Positions 61,452 to 64,000 of a stretch of DNA of 64,000 nt are shown one piece after another. Position 1 is the stretch's first letter. Each line of letters begins with the position of its first letter. The position numbers were made by a program, and so were the translations under genes. Source of the stretch: Vampirovibrionales bacterium (GTDB lineage Bacteria; Cyanobacteriota; Vampirovibrionia; Vampirovibrionales; JAJTHC01); the NCBI GenBank assembly GCA_046341215.1, contig JBKDRU010000049.1, forward strand, positions 3,342-67,341, read 5' to 3'. The notes beneath the pieces were generated by a model that searched no databases, was not told where the DNA came from, and worked only from the letters and a program-made list of their open reading frames with translations.

Positions 61452-61917
61452 CTAGCTCCTTTCTTAAGCTGGTGCTTGGGGGTCTTTGTCCCGCCAAACC
61501 GCCATAATAGCGGTCTGCATGTTAGTTGGTCTATAAATGGGGGGCTCTCTCGTAACCCCCAAAGCGGCGTAAGGGGCGGCGGGGGGAGGGACGTGGTACG
61601 TCCTCCCTCCCCCCAGTATGCCCCCCTTAAGAATCCCCCATCCCCCCCTCCCTCCCGTTCCGAACCACGAGTTTTTAATTTCTCGTATCAAACGAAGGAA
61701 CGAGTTGGTTTCTAAACATCTTGCCGTCAACGCACTAAATGCGAGGCTTCCGAGACATTTTGCGGACGGCAGGAGCGAAGGGAAAGCGAGAGGGGTGGGA
61801 TTCTTAAGGGAGGGGGGCGACCAAGACCCTCCCTCCCTTAAGCCGCCTTTAGAGGTGTCGGAGACCTTTGGCGGAGCAAAGGTCTCTGACGACCGACCAG
61901 CTATAAAAGAGAACTAG
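61452..61917. mobile_element. MITE/REPIN-like element: two inverted modular repeat units bounded by CTAG
   Basis: Starts CTAGCTCCTTTCTTAAGCTGGTGC and ends ACCAGCTATAAAAGAGAACTAG; 466 bp. Confidence 0.7.
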
Positions 61918-61970
61918 CAAACCCAAAAAATAAAGATTATCCCCATAAAAAAGAAAGGAAACGATACACC

Positions 61971-62345
61971 ATGACTCTTTACGCCGTTACGGATTTACAA
62001 GCCAACACCTACAAGGCGTGGCGAATGATTGAAGAAGGTTGGGAACTCAACACCAACGAAACGATTGTGACAAGCCTTGAAGGTTTGAGCGAATGGCAGG
62101 CGCCACCTCCGCCGAAGTCAGCTCAAGCGATTTTACTAGACATGCGTCAACTCTTTACGGGGCAAGCCCTGCCTGTGCAGTACGAATTTCGCCAAGTCGT
62201 CGCCGAAGTGCAGGCGGCGGCGGAAAGCGACAACATCCCGTTAATGCGATACATCATCGAACATGTCGATTTTAGTCACGCCACCACGATTACACCCACG
62301 CAAGGCGAAACCTTCCGCACCTTGTTTTTAACCTGTTTTGCATAA
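61971..62345 (+). CDS. Hypothetical protein, possibly phage tail-fibre-assembly-like
   Basis: AAGGA RBS; YAV..WR.I..NET..PPPP followed by a helical C-terminus. Confidence 0.55.
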   Translation: MTLYAVTDLQANTYKAWRMIEEGWELNTNETIVTSLEGLSEWQAPPPPKSAQAILLDMRQLFTGQALPVQYEFRQVVAEVQAAAESDNIPLMRYIIEHVDFSHATTITPTQGETFRTLFLTCFA

Positions 62346-62363
62346 TCAATCTTTTTGATGTTT

Positions 62364-62394
62364 AAAGGGGACGGATCACAATCTGTCCCCTTTT
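62364..62394. terminator. Bidirectional terminator between convergent genes
   Basis: AAAGGGGACGGAT-CACA-ATCTGTCCCCTTTT. Confidence 0.75.
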
Positions 62395-62431
62395 GGGTAG
62401 CATGCTTACGCTACTAAAAATGGGAACGGCT

Positions 62432-63358
62432 CTAACGCAATAAACGATCCATGGTTTCCAACGCCGCATGATGCGATGCCGTAAAATTGTAATCCAACTG
62501 CTCACACCAATAGCCTTGCAACAAGGCTTCGCTAAAAAGGGGAGGCTCCGCATTTTGACGATAGGTTTGATACATCACCTGTGGATGGAGCAAATTAGCT
62601 TGTGTTTGCTGGATTAATGCCTTTCCCCACGCTTCAATATGTGCTTGATTGGCTTGCCAAAAGGGCTTTCTTGCACACCATACGCCAAACAAAAATGGGT
62701 GACCCGTCAAGTCGTTCCATACTGAAGCCAAATCTAGTACTTCAAGCTCATTATACTGCCCTGCTTGGTATTCGGCATAAAAATGCAGGGCAACATCCCC
62801 AATTATTAAAGCATTTTGAGCCGTATTTAGACAGTCTGATACGCTTTTTTGATGCGAATACGTTTCATATCTCAAGGTGCTGGCGTCATAACGATGCGTC
62901 AAAATATACCGCAATAAAGCTTCTGAACTGGCGGAAGAATCGGGGCATTGCACAGCATGAAGAAGGGGATCAAAGTTTTTTTGACGAATCCATAAGACGC
63001 TGTTCACGGGCCCACACGAACTGATGCTTAAAAAAGGTAAGAGCTGCCAAGCATCTTGATGCTTTAAATAAGCGGCGGTGGACACAAGCGAAAGATCCAA
63101 GTTTCCAGAAAGCAAGGCGGTATTCAGTAAGGAAGGCACGCCATAGAAGTGCTGAACACTAGCGGGCATAGATGTTTCAATGCCGTGACGCATGGGCAAC
63201 GTATTGAGAAAGGACATCCACCCTACACGCCAATCGAGGGGGCTTTCTTCATTAAAGCTCGAAAAAGAAGGTGTTTCAGGCTGAAGCAGGGGCTTTGTCA
63301 CGCAGAAAAGGGCTTTCTTTTGGATTAAATTCGTGTGAGTAAAAACGTCCGAAGGCAT
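62432..63358 (-). CDS. mqnA: Chorismate dehydratase MqnA (futalosine menaquinone pathway); start uncertain
   Basis: RVGWMSFLNTLP, PSLLN, ISSCGPVNSV, SASS, LIIGDVAL, DLASVW..TGHPFLFGVW. Confidence 0.85.
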   Translation of the reverse strand: MPSDVFTHTNLIQKKALFCVTKPLLQPETPSFSSFNEESPLDWRVGWMSFLNTLPMRHGIETSMPASVQHFYGVPSLLNTALLSGNLDLSLVSTAAYLKHQDAWQLLPFLSISSCGPVNSVLWIRQKNFDPLLHAVQCPDSSASSEALLRYILTHRYDASTLRYETYSHQKSVSDCLNTAQNALIIGDVALHFYAEYQAGQYNELEVLDLASVWNDLTGHPFLFGVWCARKPFWQANQAHIEAWGKALIQQTQANLLHPQVMYQTYRQNAEPPLFSEALLQGYWCEQLDYNFTASHHAALETMDRLLR

Positions 63359-63596
63359 AGAGAATGTTTAAGTCGAATAAGGAAAAACAAGCGGCTGTTG
63401 AGGTGTGTAGACTTACGGCATAACGCTTGATTGCCTCAATCACTCACGCTTCTTGCACAGAAATGTTCGCCGAATGGGACTTTCCCTGTACCTTCGTTTC
63501 ACTATCATACTAAAAAAATAGGGTAGGGGGCATTATTTATTTTTAAGAGTGTTCACCATAAATATCTACATTTGTAGTATTTTTTTCTAAAAAGGG

Positions 63597-63649
63597 TTGA
63601 CCTCTTTGCTAGTCAATGTTATTGTAGTTATTGAGAATGACTCTCAATA
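63597..63649 (+). promoter_or_regulatory. Sigma-70 promoter with a Fur-box-like operator over the start site
   Basis: TTGACC-17-TATTGT with extended TG, then palindrome TATTGAGAATGACTCTCAATA (63629-63649). Confidence 0.7.
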
Positions 63650-63705
63650 GAGTCTTTTGACTATAAATAATCCAAAAAATAACCCAAACGAAATGAAACC
63701 GTGCC

Positions 63706-64000
63706 GTGAAAGTGTCTTCTTTTTTAGAATCGTTTAGAACATTGCCCAAGGTGTTTTGGTTACTTTGCCTTACCACCACCTTGTTCTATTCGGCATCGCA
63801 CCTTTTCACCACTATGTTGCCGATTCACCTGAATGGTATTCATGTCAGCCCTGCAGAATCGGGGAAGTTGTTGGCGTTGTTTTTGGTGGCGTCTGTGTTG
63901 GTACGTCCTTGGGTGGGTAAGCTTTATGAAGAATGGCCGCCTCGTCGATTGTTTTTGGTTTCTATGGCATTTTTTGGGGCAGGCACGATTCTGATGTTAC
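63706..64000 (+). CDS. MFS transporter, N-terminal part (runs off the window)
   Basis: Open frame from GTG: SSFLESFRTLPKVFWLLCL..LVRPWVGKLYEEWPPRRL, resembling MFS motif A. Confidence 0.8.
   Translation, partial: MKVSSFLESFRTLPKVFWLLCLTTTLFYSASHLFTTMLPIHLNGIHVSPAESGKLLALFLVASVLVRPWVGKLYEEWPPRRLFLVSMAFFGAGTILML

Noticed and set aside
63370-63500. RNase P RNA (GGAAAGTCC) or a selenoprotein frame with in-frame TGA
   Set aside because: No matching 3' P4 strand or other RNase P motifs; the TGA frame has no start codon and no SECIS is evident.

Overview
Chromosomal window, most likely from a non-photosynthetic relative of Cyanobacteria (Vampirovibrionia/Melainabacteria). This is inferred from cyanobacteria-like housekeeping genes together with a FliA-type sigma factor, futalosine-pathway mqnA, no photosynthesis genes in the window and many lineage-specific proteins with low-complexity leaders. 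Core content: kdsD/kpsF, mazG, ABC-F ATPase, leucine dehydrogenase, folK, mnmG, manC, metF, queE, nadB, hemE, metH, ftsH, rfbFG, leuA, mqnA and four tRNAs (Ile-GAT, Ser-GCT, fMet-CAT and an unusual Leu-AAG). The non-coding DNA is the most interesting part. It holds three perfect HLR1 (RpaB-type) direct-repeat boxes, each with a TAAGAT hexamer nearby on the minus strand, and two candidate ~420-450 nt ncRNAs that seem to share a 5' domain. It also holds a CTAG-bounded, module-shuffled palindromic element family (5 units at 3 loci), two homologous elements made of a conserved box plus a 21/22-bp tandem array directly upstream of transport genes, and a 33-bp palindrome inserted three times without frame disruption into metH. 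Protein-level oddities include a GcvH-like protein lacking the lipoyl lysine, a PsbU/ComEA-like HhH protein, a radical-SAM-like protein lacking CxxxCxxC, a sigma-28/pseudokinase/RsbW-like cluster, an MPP-like M16 pair, a stand-alone TIR gene and a serine-integrase remnant near tRNA-Ile. All calls were made by eye; no database searches were run.
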